Origin: Magallana gigas
Lineage: Eukaryota
Length of the DNA: 64,000 nucleotides
Reading direction: 5' to 3'
Assembly: GCF_963853765.1 (NCBI RefSeq)
Contig: NC_088859.1
Coordinates: forward strand, 26,350,001-26,414,000
Positions 12,231 to 22,824 of the stretch are shown piece after piece (position 1 is the stretch's first letter; each line of letters starts with the position of its first letter). The notes under the pieces were generated by a model. It was given only the letters and a program-made list of their open reading frames with translations, was not told the origin of the DNA and searched no databases. The position numbers and the translations under genes are program-made.

Positions 12231-15200
12231 TTATGAATCTTTTCCTCCTTTATCATAAAAATCCCAAAATTCATTGTCTTTTTTTGCTTTGGGGGCCAGT
12301 TTAACAGGCCCTTGATCAGGAGGGGGAGTTATAGGGGGTGTTTTGAACACAATCTCCTCAAATTCTGGTTTTGAAGGGTTTTCTTGTTTTTGAGCCGGTT
12401 TCTTTTTCACTGGTTTTGGTTTAGGTGGATCAGGTTGAGGTTTGGGTTTCGGTGCAGCATTTCTACTCCAGTTGACTTCTGCTTTGGGTTGACTCGAGAG
12501 ATAATCATTCCAGCTTTTTTTCATGCGTTCGTTTATAATGTTGAATTCTGCCCAAGTACCTAAATTGGGATTAAAATTGTTGTACCTAAGAATTTTTTTG
12601 TTTATTTTGATTGTATTTTATGTACATATAGCTAAGAGTGTGTATAGTGTAAATTTTGTGCAAACAGAAAATTAATGGAGGGTAGAAGAGGACTTTTCTA
12701 GGCTTTATTAGCTTTTTTGGCAACAGTTTCGTCGAAATAACTCTGCCAAGCCTTTTTCATCCTGTTGTTGATTACATTATGTTCTGCCCAAGTGCCTGTA
12801 AATTAAAGGGAATACATTCAAGCTTCCGAGAGGTTCGGCTACACAGCTACATCTAATTCAAAAGCAGACAGTATTGTGCTTTCATTAAAAAAAAGTAGAC
12901 TAGGTTTTTAAATACTCTAGACTAATACAATAATGTAGAAATTTAAAGCAACCAAGAAAAAAAAAATTAGCAAGGAAATTGATTATACATGTATTATGAA
13001 TGCTTGTTAGAACACAATGTCTATAAGCAGTATATTCTTAAAATGCTTATATTGAGATTTTGATTAAAAAAAAAAAAGACAGTTGATTTTTAAAAATTTT
13101 CAAGTTAATTTCAAAAACTAAATTGTATGAATAGATTTATAAAGTATAGTAATTACTGTCTGGGTACATGCACTACAAAATTGTACAATGTACTTTAATT
13201 CAAACACTATTTAGAATATTGAAAGTAGTTTCTTGAGTATGATTAGATATATATCTCCTTAGCTATTAAATATGATGTATTATATTTTTTACATAACAAT
13301 ATTTTAAAAATTAAAAATTAAGTTATAATAAGATGTAAGAAACTTATTACTTGTTCCCATGCAAGATAAGTCACTCAATTTTAAAATGTTCTTACTCAAT
13401 ATCATCTGCAAAATTAAGTTATTGTGAAAACTTCAAAATTAATCTATAAATTAACATTTTTAAGGGTCCTCCACACCTTTGAAAAAGTTTTGCATACAAT
13501 CCCAAACTCTTAATTTCTTAGGGATAAGGATTTTAAGCATGTGTTTAACTTGAAAATGACGACAGAACGAAAAGGTTCAATTTTGGGGGAAAAATAAACT
13601 TGCCTAAAAATTTATTGTTTACTTATAAAAGCAAAAGCCCCTGCTTTATTCAAACTTGGGACCTGCATATCGGTAGATTAAAGCTCAACCCATTGCGCTA
13701 CAGAAACAGACACCCATGTTTGGGGATATAAAGTTTTACAATGGGTTAAAATCTCAATGTTATCATTAACTGTCATAAAAATGAAAAGTCACTGGATGTT
13801 AAGGACCCTTAATTGATCATAATTTATCCAGTTTTCTTCAATCTATTTCAGTGAAATTTCCAGCTCAAAATTTTGAACAGTATTTTATATGTACATAAAT
13901 ATATACTTACTAAGTTCATCTCGCTGGTACCTCCATTTATCTGGGTCAGGAACACGCTGGAGGTGTACGGAGTCTGTGAATGTTGATTTAGTGGTGCTGA
14001 TTTTGTGGTTGATGTTATATCCAGGAAACATGTTCATCCTCATGAAATTTCCTAACTGTTCGTAATCTGGTTTGAGGTTCTTTTCGATGGTTGGAACTGA
14101 AACCGGTTTACGGACTCGGTATGCAGCATCTTTGTCCTCTTGCTGCTTTTGCATGGTTTTCTCAACCACTTTTTCGTCACTGAGTAAAGAATCGCAGACT
14201 TTGCTTCCGAACTGATGGCGGATATTTTCTGGCAAATCCAAGGGGAGGCTTCTGCGAGAAGAACCTCTTGCAGACTGGTTCGTGTCCTCGGGTCCAAGCG
14301 GGAGCACTGTTTCTATTTTTTCTTTCTTTTCCTTTAATTTCATTGGATATTCTGAGTTTTCCCTTCTGGTTGGAAGTTCCATGTTTCTTGGACGCATGAC
14401 ATCTCCCATCAAGCTATAACTATGGACACTTGGCTTAGGGCCATATTTATCCCTATTGTAACTGTTTCTGTCATTGAGTCCTACTCTGTTCATTTGTTTG
14501 AGCATGTTCGAGGCTTCCATGGACATCAGCAGCTGTTGCCGGGGAGTTGGATCCCCCTCCCTCATTCCCTCGTAAACATCCATTTTAAATTTCTTGGCAC
14601 TCTCCTCAGCTTCTTGTAGAGATTTTCTGGCTGATTCAACAGCAGACTTTTGCTTTTCTATCTCCTTTTTAGTTTTCTCAATGGCAATGGTTTTTCCTGT
14701 TAGTTACAAAGTAAACAGAGAAACATAAGAGAATTTTAAAATTTAATATGAAAAATATAGAAACAATTTTTTTTTTAAGTGTTGCTCAAATTTAATTCTT
14801 AATATTCAAACTTAAACTATGAAATTAAGATTTTGTTTCTTAAATACATGATTGTATTTTTTTCCCTTTTTTAATAGATTAAATATTATTATTTTTTAAT
14901 ATAAATGCAATTGCAAATCATTTTTAATTTTATTTGTTTCAATCGGGTTAATCAAGTAAGAATATAAATTAAAAAAAAAAAAAACAATAATGATTTTAAA
15001 AAAATTATGATCAACTGAATAATTGTGACCATGCAATGTTATACTTTAGATATATATTATGTTAATTTACACCTGGAAAGAAAGGATTTATGTTATGAAT
15101 AACATGTTAACACAAATGATTAGTAGAATATCACTACTACAAGTATAAAATGTTAATATACATGCTTTAATGTTTAAAAACACTTAAGATCTGTTAAACA

Positions 15201-15366
15201 ATTCATAAAAAAATTGTAATAAACTACGGGATCTATCACAGCAGAGGGTTATATTATCTTTAAATTCCAATAGATTTGAATAGATGAAATTGACAATCTG
15301 CAAAATTCAAGCTATGTAATATTACATTTTAAAATTGTTCAGATATTTAATTTTGTTTATAAAATT

Positions 15367-15422
<56 letters not shown>

Positions 15423-15864
15423 GTATGCTAGAAATGATATAACAGGCTATAAAAGAAGATGTTGATTATATAAACTTGCATATTCTGAGCATGCATATGA
15501 AGAATAAAATAATTATAAATTCTATATTAATTCTGATATTGATCTAGAACTGAGTAACTAATAGATATCAAATCTACAATATAATCTTGCATGCAAATTA
15601 ATATGTACCTCGTACATGTATACCTTTTAAGTGATTTTTAATAAACTCAGGAACGACATAACGCTGTACATGTTTTCGACCACTTGGTATTCTCTGTGTT
15701 TTGAGGTCAATATTATTTATTGCGTCACGCTCCTCTGGATCAAAAACTTCCAGAGCTGTACCAAAGAGACTGTGTTTTGGCATTGCTTCAGATTTTTTAC
15801 TTTTTGTTGGTGCTGAAAGTTGCTTTATTGCAGGTAGCTGCTGTGATTCCATGGCAACTGCCAT
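12231..15864 (-). CDS. TEX33: TEX33-like (testis-expressed/ciliary) protein, ~379 aa or ~456 aa depending on last exon
   Basis: Exons 15864-15609 and 14696-13911, then either 12795-12698 or 12559-12231; phases consistent. A probable 5'UTR exon has its donor at 16597. C-terminal motifs LPENIRHQFGS, YEQLGNFMRMNMFPG and WRYQRDELSTWAE resemble the TEX33 domain (IPANIRHKFGS...YNMRSNLF...WHGRKTDDLGRW) as recalled. Confidence 0.72.
13464..13808. mobile_element. Non-autonomous TTAA-specific (Kolobok-like) MITE with an internal tRNA-derived segment on the - strand
   Basis: TTAA|GGGTCCT...AGGACCC|TTAA. The - strand of ~13640-13702 has an A-box-like tagcgcaatgg and a degenerate B box. Confidence 0.7.
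15369..15419. repeat. (GA)n microsatellite
   Basis: About 25 GA units. Confidence 0.95.
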
Positions 15865-16761
15865 CCCTCTGTGCACACTAAACAATTGTAACATCACACA
15901 CAAAACATTTAAAACCAAAATGTTAGTGAACAGTCAACTATAGGTTAGTGCTTTGAACACTCAGTCAGACATATGACAGAGACATGGGTTTCTAAAGTGT
16001 CAAATTTTTTATCCTTAAATGGGAAAGTGTAAATATAACTAGTATGATTTGCTAATTTTATTTTCAAAAAATCATTTTCTGATTAGCAAATGCATACACA
16101 TGTTTTATCAGGGACGTATATACGTCCTTGGTTTTATATATAATCTAATGTATTATTTTGAAGTGATGCAATTGCAAAAGAGTACTTAGCTCAAACAGTA
16201 ACAGTGATAATAATTATTCATTTGCGAAAAAAAACTACCCCCACCCCCCAAAAAGGGACCCCAAAAAATATAATTAAGTGACATGCCTAAAATGAAATGT
16301 AGCACTGAATGTGACTCTGCATATATAGTCTTTAAGCTCAAGCTAGCGCTCTCCTTCATAGCATGAATTTTTAAAACACTTAAATGTTTCAGAACAACGT
16401 TTCCCATTTTTTCTATTACTTTTATTATTGATTTTAGAGTTTTTGAAATACATTGATCCAATATCCAAGACTGATTAAAATTATAACATCAAGAATATAA
16501 AATACATACATAGAGTGTATTCACAAAGGTAATTTTAGAACGCTATAAATGTCAAAAACAACAAAAGATACAATAACCGCAAAAGTGATGAACTTACGTT
16601 ATGAAGTATAGAAACTTTTCCCAGGAAAGGCCATGTGTAATCAATCTGTTGCTAGGGGGCGTGGTAAAAAAAATCATTCGGCACACCTCGGCAGATTCGT
16701 ACCTCATCTAACCTCGGCTGTATGACGTACGTCACCATATTGGAACTACTTTTAAAAAAAG

Positions 16762-19700
16762 ATGGCGGCGCCCATAACACCGGTAAAAACTATAGTTGAA
16801 ATCGGGAAATCGGAGTTCTGTTTATTGTGTAAAAATGAAAGTAAGAGACTACACTGTCTAACCAAATTTAAAGCTACTAAAGAGGATTATGTGAAAAAAA
16901 TTCAGCAATTCACCGGGCAGACGTTAGAGTTATCTCTGCTCCATAGTATGTGTGTGTGTGAAAGTTGTGTACTTAAATGTCAAAATGCAATTGAGTTCAA
17001 GAAAATGTGTTCTGACAACATTTGTCAATTTCACTACAATGTGCAAAGGCGACAAAAACGTATGCCCAAAACACCACCATCAACTCTAAAATCAACTGTG
17101 GCAGAGCAAATTGAACATTCTGTGGAGAAACTTAAACACATCAGTTTGGAAGAGGAGAGGAAGCCCAAAAAATCCAAACAAAAATTGTCATTTAACACTT
17201 CAGGTAAGTCAGAATCAAAGCAATTTCAATAGAATCAGAAAATCAATACATAAAAAGCATATAACAGAATCAATGCCATCAGCTTTAAATTCACTCACAG
17301 TTTTATAATTGAATCAGAAGCAGCAACTGACACACAGATAATAGAAACACCTGACCATGGATACTGTAGGCCTAAACTAGTACAGAGTAAAGAACAGGAC
17401 GACAAAGTAACAATTTCTGAAATGATGGAGAGGTTCAGTGTTAATGTGTCTCAAAGTATATGTAACTCGGTTGAACAGGTTAGCAGATTTGGTAAAAGTG
17501 TATTATTTACCAAGGAAACAGGTGAACTCTGTAAGAGGAATTGGTTTAAGGACATAGCTATTGAGATGAGTGAGAAGTGCCCTGAACTTTTTCAAGTGCT
17601 GTTTTCTGCCATAGGTAGGTTATTATCTTTGGATGTCATGGGGAAAAACATTCATTTCATATTTCTTTTTCTTTTTGAAATATGTTTTAGCAGTATTTTA
17701 GTCATTGTTTCAATAACAATTAATAAAGGTGATAAGATCTCCATGGAGTCAAAACTTGCCACAATCTCAACAATCTATGGCATGATACTCCACTGTCACA
17801 ATGTGAAGGCCTGTGCTGTGCAACGCATTTTTACAGCCTTGTGCATAAGATACCATGCAGATAATAAGGTATTTATTTGTTCACCTGCATATGCATTAGT
17901 TCATATTATGGCTTATTCAGCTGCTATTTAGCCGGCTGTTATTTAGCAAGTTATGCATGTTGCAATATTTGGCTGTCCAGTATAAATCCATATATGGTTT
18001 ATTTTAGTTTTGAAATTCTTATAATTTTAAGTAATTTTGAGAATGCCTCTAAGATTGGGGTTCAAATAAGGAGATAAATTGACATCTATAACTCTCTGTT
18101 TGCATTTAATCTCTATTAATAATGAAATTTTTAAAATGTATATAATTATATATATAGGAAATGATTAACCACACAATGAAAATGGATTGATCAGGCAGCT
18201 GTTGTATTTTGTTATTACTAACCTTGTTCATTCATATATATTGTTATGATAACAACCTAGATATACTCCCTGAACCAGTTTGTAAAAGGCAAGGGATTCT
18301 GATGGGAAATATGATTATGAGACCACCGTTAGCACTCACCTTGATTAAACCTTACTTCCTTTCAAGTATATTATCTGAAAATAACAATGTAATTAGAAAG
18401 TTACCATTAAAATTAATTAAATCTTCAATCATTTGTGAGGGAGAGGGGGGAAGTGTGAATGTCAGGGAGCATATGTGTAACTTATTTTGTTATGCTATTT
18501 TCAATTTTCATTAGTTAGTTCCTTTATACCTTTGATTTTATGAAAACTGGGATGTTTTGAAGACTACCACTGTGATGGTCTATATAGCTGTAAGTATTTC
18601 AGGAAATATGTTCTTTTATAGCATCCATGTTCAGTTAATATCATGAGCCCATTATGATATCGAAAGACACATGTTAATTTCTAAATAAGGATAAAATTGA
18701 TAATGAATATAATATTATAATATATGTATGTGAATATCATTTATTGACCAATTTCACATATTGGTACATGTAACAAATAACTAGATGAAAAGTTACCATC
18801 CCATTTATAAATCAAAGTACTGAAGAACTGACGGGAGTTGATTTTGTCGATGTTTATTTATTTTAAAATCAATGATATGTTATTTGCCTGGCAAGAACAT
18901 GTAGCTTCGAATTTGAATTACGCACATTTTTATAATATGAATTTTTGGACTTTTTCGACAAGAATGTCGAGAAACCCCAATATGAATCATGTTAAATAAT
19001 ATTCAAAGATAAAATTAATTCAATCCAACTATGTATCAGTTATTGAAATATTTCTCGAAAATTGTATGGATCTAATTCGTTCAACCAAACGCTCGGCTGA
19101 TACCGTAAATCTCCCGACAAGCAAGAGAGACTCTGTGCTTGTCGGAGATTTACGGAGACAGCCGAGCGTCGAGTTGAACGAGACTATATTGAACAAAATA
19201 TTGGCGTAGGAATACATACGACTACAAAAATATCCGAAATGCTTATACCATTTAAAATCTGATTATTTTCAAGGTATTTATAAACAAGTTTCCTTGAAAA
19301 ACAATGTTTTAGCATACAATACATGGAATTTATCAATTATTTTCAAGAACTAAGTCTTGTCAGCAGCGATGATTTGTGCTGAGGTCCAAACACTGTTTCA
19401 CTTTCGGTTTGTCCGAGTAACTGCATAGGAGAGTTTATTAAAATCAACTCCCAAAAAACTAGTCTTTTAATTTCACTTGAAATATTTTTTTAAGACATAA
19501 TTTTTTTATTCAAAACTTTCAGCTTTTAGAAAGACTTAATAAGGTACACTTTACCTTATCACATGAGACAAAGAGGAATTTATTAAAACACTTTGCAGAA
19601 TTCTCTGATTTTCGAATCATAGAGAAGGTTTCTGAAGGAAAAGATGGAAAAATCAATGGTGATAATCTTGATATCTACGTCACTACAAATGATATCCGAA

Positions 19701-22700
19701 TGGATAATAAAAATAGGGATTATCACTTTTTTGCATCAGATTTTGTCTTTGACCGGATTAAAACAGAGAATTTGGATAACACAAAAAGTTTGAAAGATAT
19801 TGGAAACATCACTTGGAAAGACTTTGTTCCAACTTCTGATGAAGAACTTGTATATAAGAAGTCATTACAAATTTTACTTGGCAGAATCATAAGTATGTAT
19901 GCATCAAAATTTGAATGGATGAAGTCTGTTCTTCCACAGCATATTGAACATGTTCAAGATGATGCTATGTCTCAAAAGTCTGAAGTCTGTTGGATGCCAG
20001 TTCTAATGAAGAATGAGACATGTTACTCTGATTGCATTCAGATTATGAAGTCCTATGAAAAACAAATTTTGCAGTGGTATACAAAAGGTGGAAGAGGTAA
20101 GAAATTCATCACCAGTCATCAATTCTAATGTATTTGATTTACTTCTTTTAAGTTTTCCAAAATTAGATTTAAGACAAATTTTAAATTTATATTCTTGGGA
20201 TAGAATTATTTAATAAGCTTATTTAGTAGTACACTTGAGCTATGTATGAGGGTTCGATTCCCTCCCTAGGCATAAATGGCTATTAAGCTGGTGCAAAGTG
20301 GGCAGATAGCCTAGTGGCCCCGCTTAGCTCAAGTTTTTTTTTTAACAAACATTTAGCTAATGACTTGGACAAACTGAAGATCCCAGTTGGAGGTGACCAA
20401 CTGACCAGAGTCAGGTTGCAGGGAGCAAAGGCATGTCAAGATGGTGCACTGACAGCTGCAGATAGATTGGAGCATATGGAACCAATTATTGTGGAAATGT
20501 TTCATACATTACAAGATCTGTTGGAGGTAGAAAAATATCTTATAAAATTAATGATCAACATGGTTTTTTTTCTTCTAACAATTAATACATGTACATTCTT
20601 TTACTGGTAATATGCCAGTTTTCTAGTATCATTTTCTTGGAAATTTAGAAAATGTACAAGAGGTTTTACAAGACCAGCAGTGGCAGGGACAAAGGAACAT
20701 TGTATAACTTGAAACTCATCATTGAGAGAAGCAATGTCAATGGAAATGTCAAGAGTCGATTTGAGGTATATCAGTAATTACCGAATTAAAATTCTAAAGT
20801 CTATTTGCTGTTGACATGCAGTGTCCAACAATGTGTTTAATTTTAATAATGTAATTTCAAATGTTACTTACAGTTGAGTATACAGAACAACTTTGTTTTA
20901 CAATATTTATTTCTTTACGTTTTTAACTTCGTTTATTTCCGTTAGTATTCGTATTATCTGGTTTACTTCAATACTGGTTTTTTCATGCACGAGCGCTTTC
21001 GCTCTCAGTATAAATAGATTTCCCGGGGAGTATTCGATTAATGCGACGTTCGTTACAAAGTAGTATAGGTTGTCTTTGGTTTTCCCTACCCGCCCTGACC
21101 CAAATATGTTTTTTGAGATTAACTAATATTTTGTGTTGCCATCTATTTGTATGTCGTATGTATATTAAAAATGCGATTTGTAACGAGCGCACCAATCCTA
21201 AAAAAAAAATCTGTTTTTGTTTTTCAACAAATTAGTCAAGAAAATATTTATTTTCGGAGGAGTGAAACGAGGGAGAAAATAAGTATTGTTCTTCTTTGAC
21301 ATAACAGTGCATAAAATAATCTATTTTAGGCTCATGAAGATTTTGTTCTGACAGTTGGAAATGCCTACCTCTTATCATTTATCATGAACAAATTTGGTAT
21401 GGAGACATTGGATGCAGAACCTCAACATCCCCTTCTGAAGAATAGAAATATTAAGTTCATGCATAACAAGTATAAGGAGGAAGTTTTCCACACTATCATG
21501 GGTGAAATAGTTGAGGACCTCATCTGTACATTTCCAAAACTGGTAAATACCAGTATAGTATACATACTTTCAACACAGTCAGCAAACATTGGGGTGCCTT
21601 AGAATTAAAACGATACCACATTTACCATATCTAATCTTAATTAATAATAGTTTGACTATAAATAATGTCACTGAGATCATTTCTTGATACCATATTTCAG
21701 TAAGGTATATAGATATAGTAACACATACATGTATCATACAAAGTTTAATTGACAGGTTAAATAAGATGTTAGCAAATGTTATAGAATGACTCATATTTAA
21801 ACATATTTAATGTCTCCTTTCAGGAGCCCAAGGTATCACTGAATGTAGAAATCTTCAATTCACAATTTACCGTGAATAGTACTGTTGGAGAAGGGAAAAT
21901 GCTCAAGTTTGAGTTAGTCATCAACAATCAAAAGGTTCTTTTCAATGTTTCCTTGGAGGATGCACAGGAAGGAGTTAATATTGAATTAAACATGTTGAAT
22001 CGAAGGATTCCAGTCAGGATTTCGATCAATGAAAAGGACAGAGATGATTTACAAAGTTATGTTTTTCAATTTCTTCAATGGTACTTTGTTATTTTGACAT
22101 TTAAGGATGCAATCAAGGAGGGAGACTCAGATAGAACAAATATAACATTAAAGTTTTGCATCCCCATATTTTTCAGCCACTCAATCTTATCAAAGTATCT
22201 TGAAGAGTGTGTTGACTATATCCTAAAAACTGAAGTTCTGCTCACAGAAAAACTAGCTATGAAAGTCAGGTATGGCTCGTTTGTGAATTTGACTGGTCAT
22301 AAAGGAGAAAACAAGGCTGCAGATCTTCAAAAAGAGAACGAAGTTCTTGTCCTTAAAGAACTGATACGTGGACTGGGGTCCAACAAAACTGAAAAAGCCA
22401 TTGACACCATCACAAAAGCAGCACCTGTTATCCAGGATATTGTTGATAACTTTGATAAAATGTCCAATATTTCCCACAGAAATAATAATCACAGAAAACG
22501 CTCATCAGAAGGAGATATTAAGTGTATTCTAAAAGTTATTGTTCCGTTAAAGATCTGGAATTACACAGAAGGGCGGACACTAGAAAGTTTTAAGAAAATT
22601 AAGAAATCTCCGTTTGATTTTGAAAGATGCCAGTTTAAGGAAGCGATAAACAGAAAAATTCAAAGACTTAAGCGAGGAATATCTGTTCCAGAAAGCAGTG

Positions 22701-22723
22701 ATGAGGAATCGGACCAAGAGTAG
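16762..22723 (+). CDS. AcademH transposase (DUF6589-type) with N-terminal C4 zinc finger, 8 exons, ~950 aa
   Basis: Exons 16762-17203, 17318-17614, 17729-17868, 19523-20096, 20357-20526, 20649-20765, 21330-21542, 21824-22723 join in frame (2853 nt) with no internal stop. Motifs CLLC...CVCESC, RLNK, GDNLD, PVGGDQLTRVR, EMFH, AADLQKEN. Confidence 0.85.
18777..19480. repeat. Probable non-autonomous repeat nested in AcademH transposase intron 3
   Basis: A 13-bp inverted motif, gggagttgatttt (18833-18845) / aaaatcaactccc (19440-19452), brackets a GC-richer block inside an unusually long 1.65-kb intron. Boundaries approximate. Confidence 0.4.
20239..20328 (+). other. ~90-nt structured motif with tRNA-like T-loop, copy 1 (transposase intron 4)
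   Basis: GCTATGTATGAGGGTTCGATTCCCTCCCTAGGCA...AGCTGGTGCAAAGTGGGCAGATAGCCTAGTGGCCCCGCTTAGC; flanks form a 10-bp inverted stem (20233-20242 / 20325-20334). Confidence 0.65.
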
Positions 22724-22824
22724 AGCTGTCTAGTAAGTAAGCATTTTACATGTATCAATTTTAATGGGAAATTTATTCACAAAATTTATTGGACTACATG
22801 TACTTTACAATAGAAATTCAAGTT

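Noticed and set aside
16648-16660. RFX X-box upstream of the TEX33-like gene
   Set aside because: Only a half-site (gttgctagg) is present; too weak to call.
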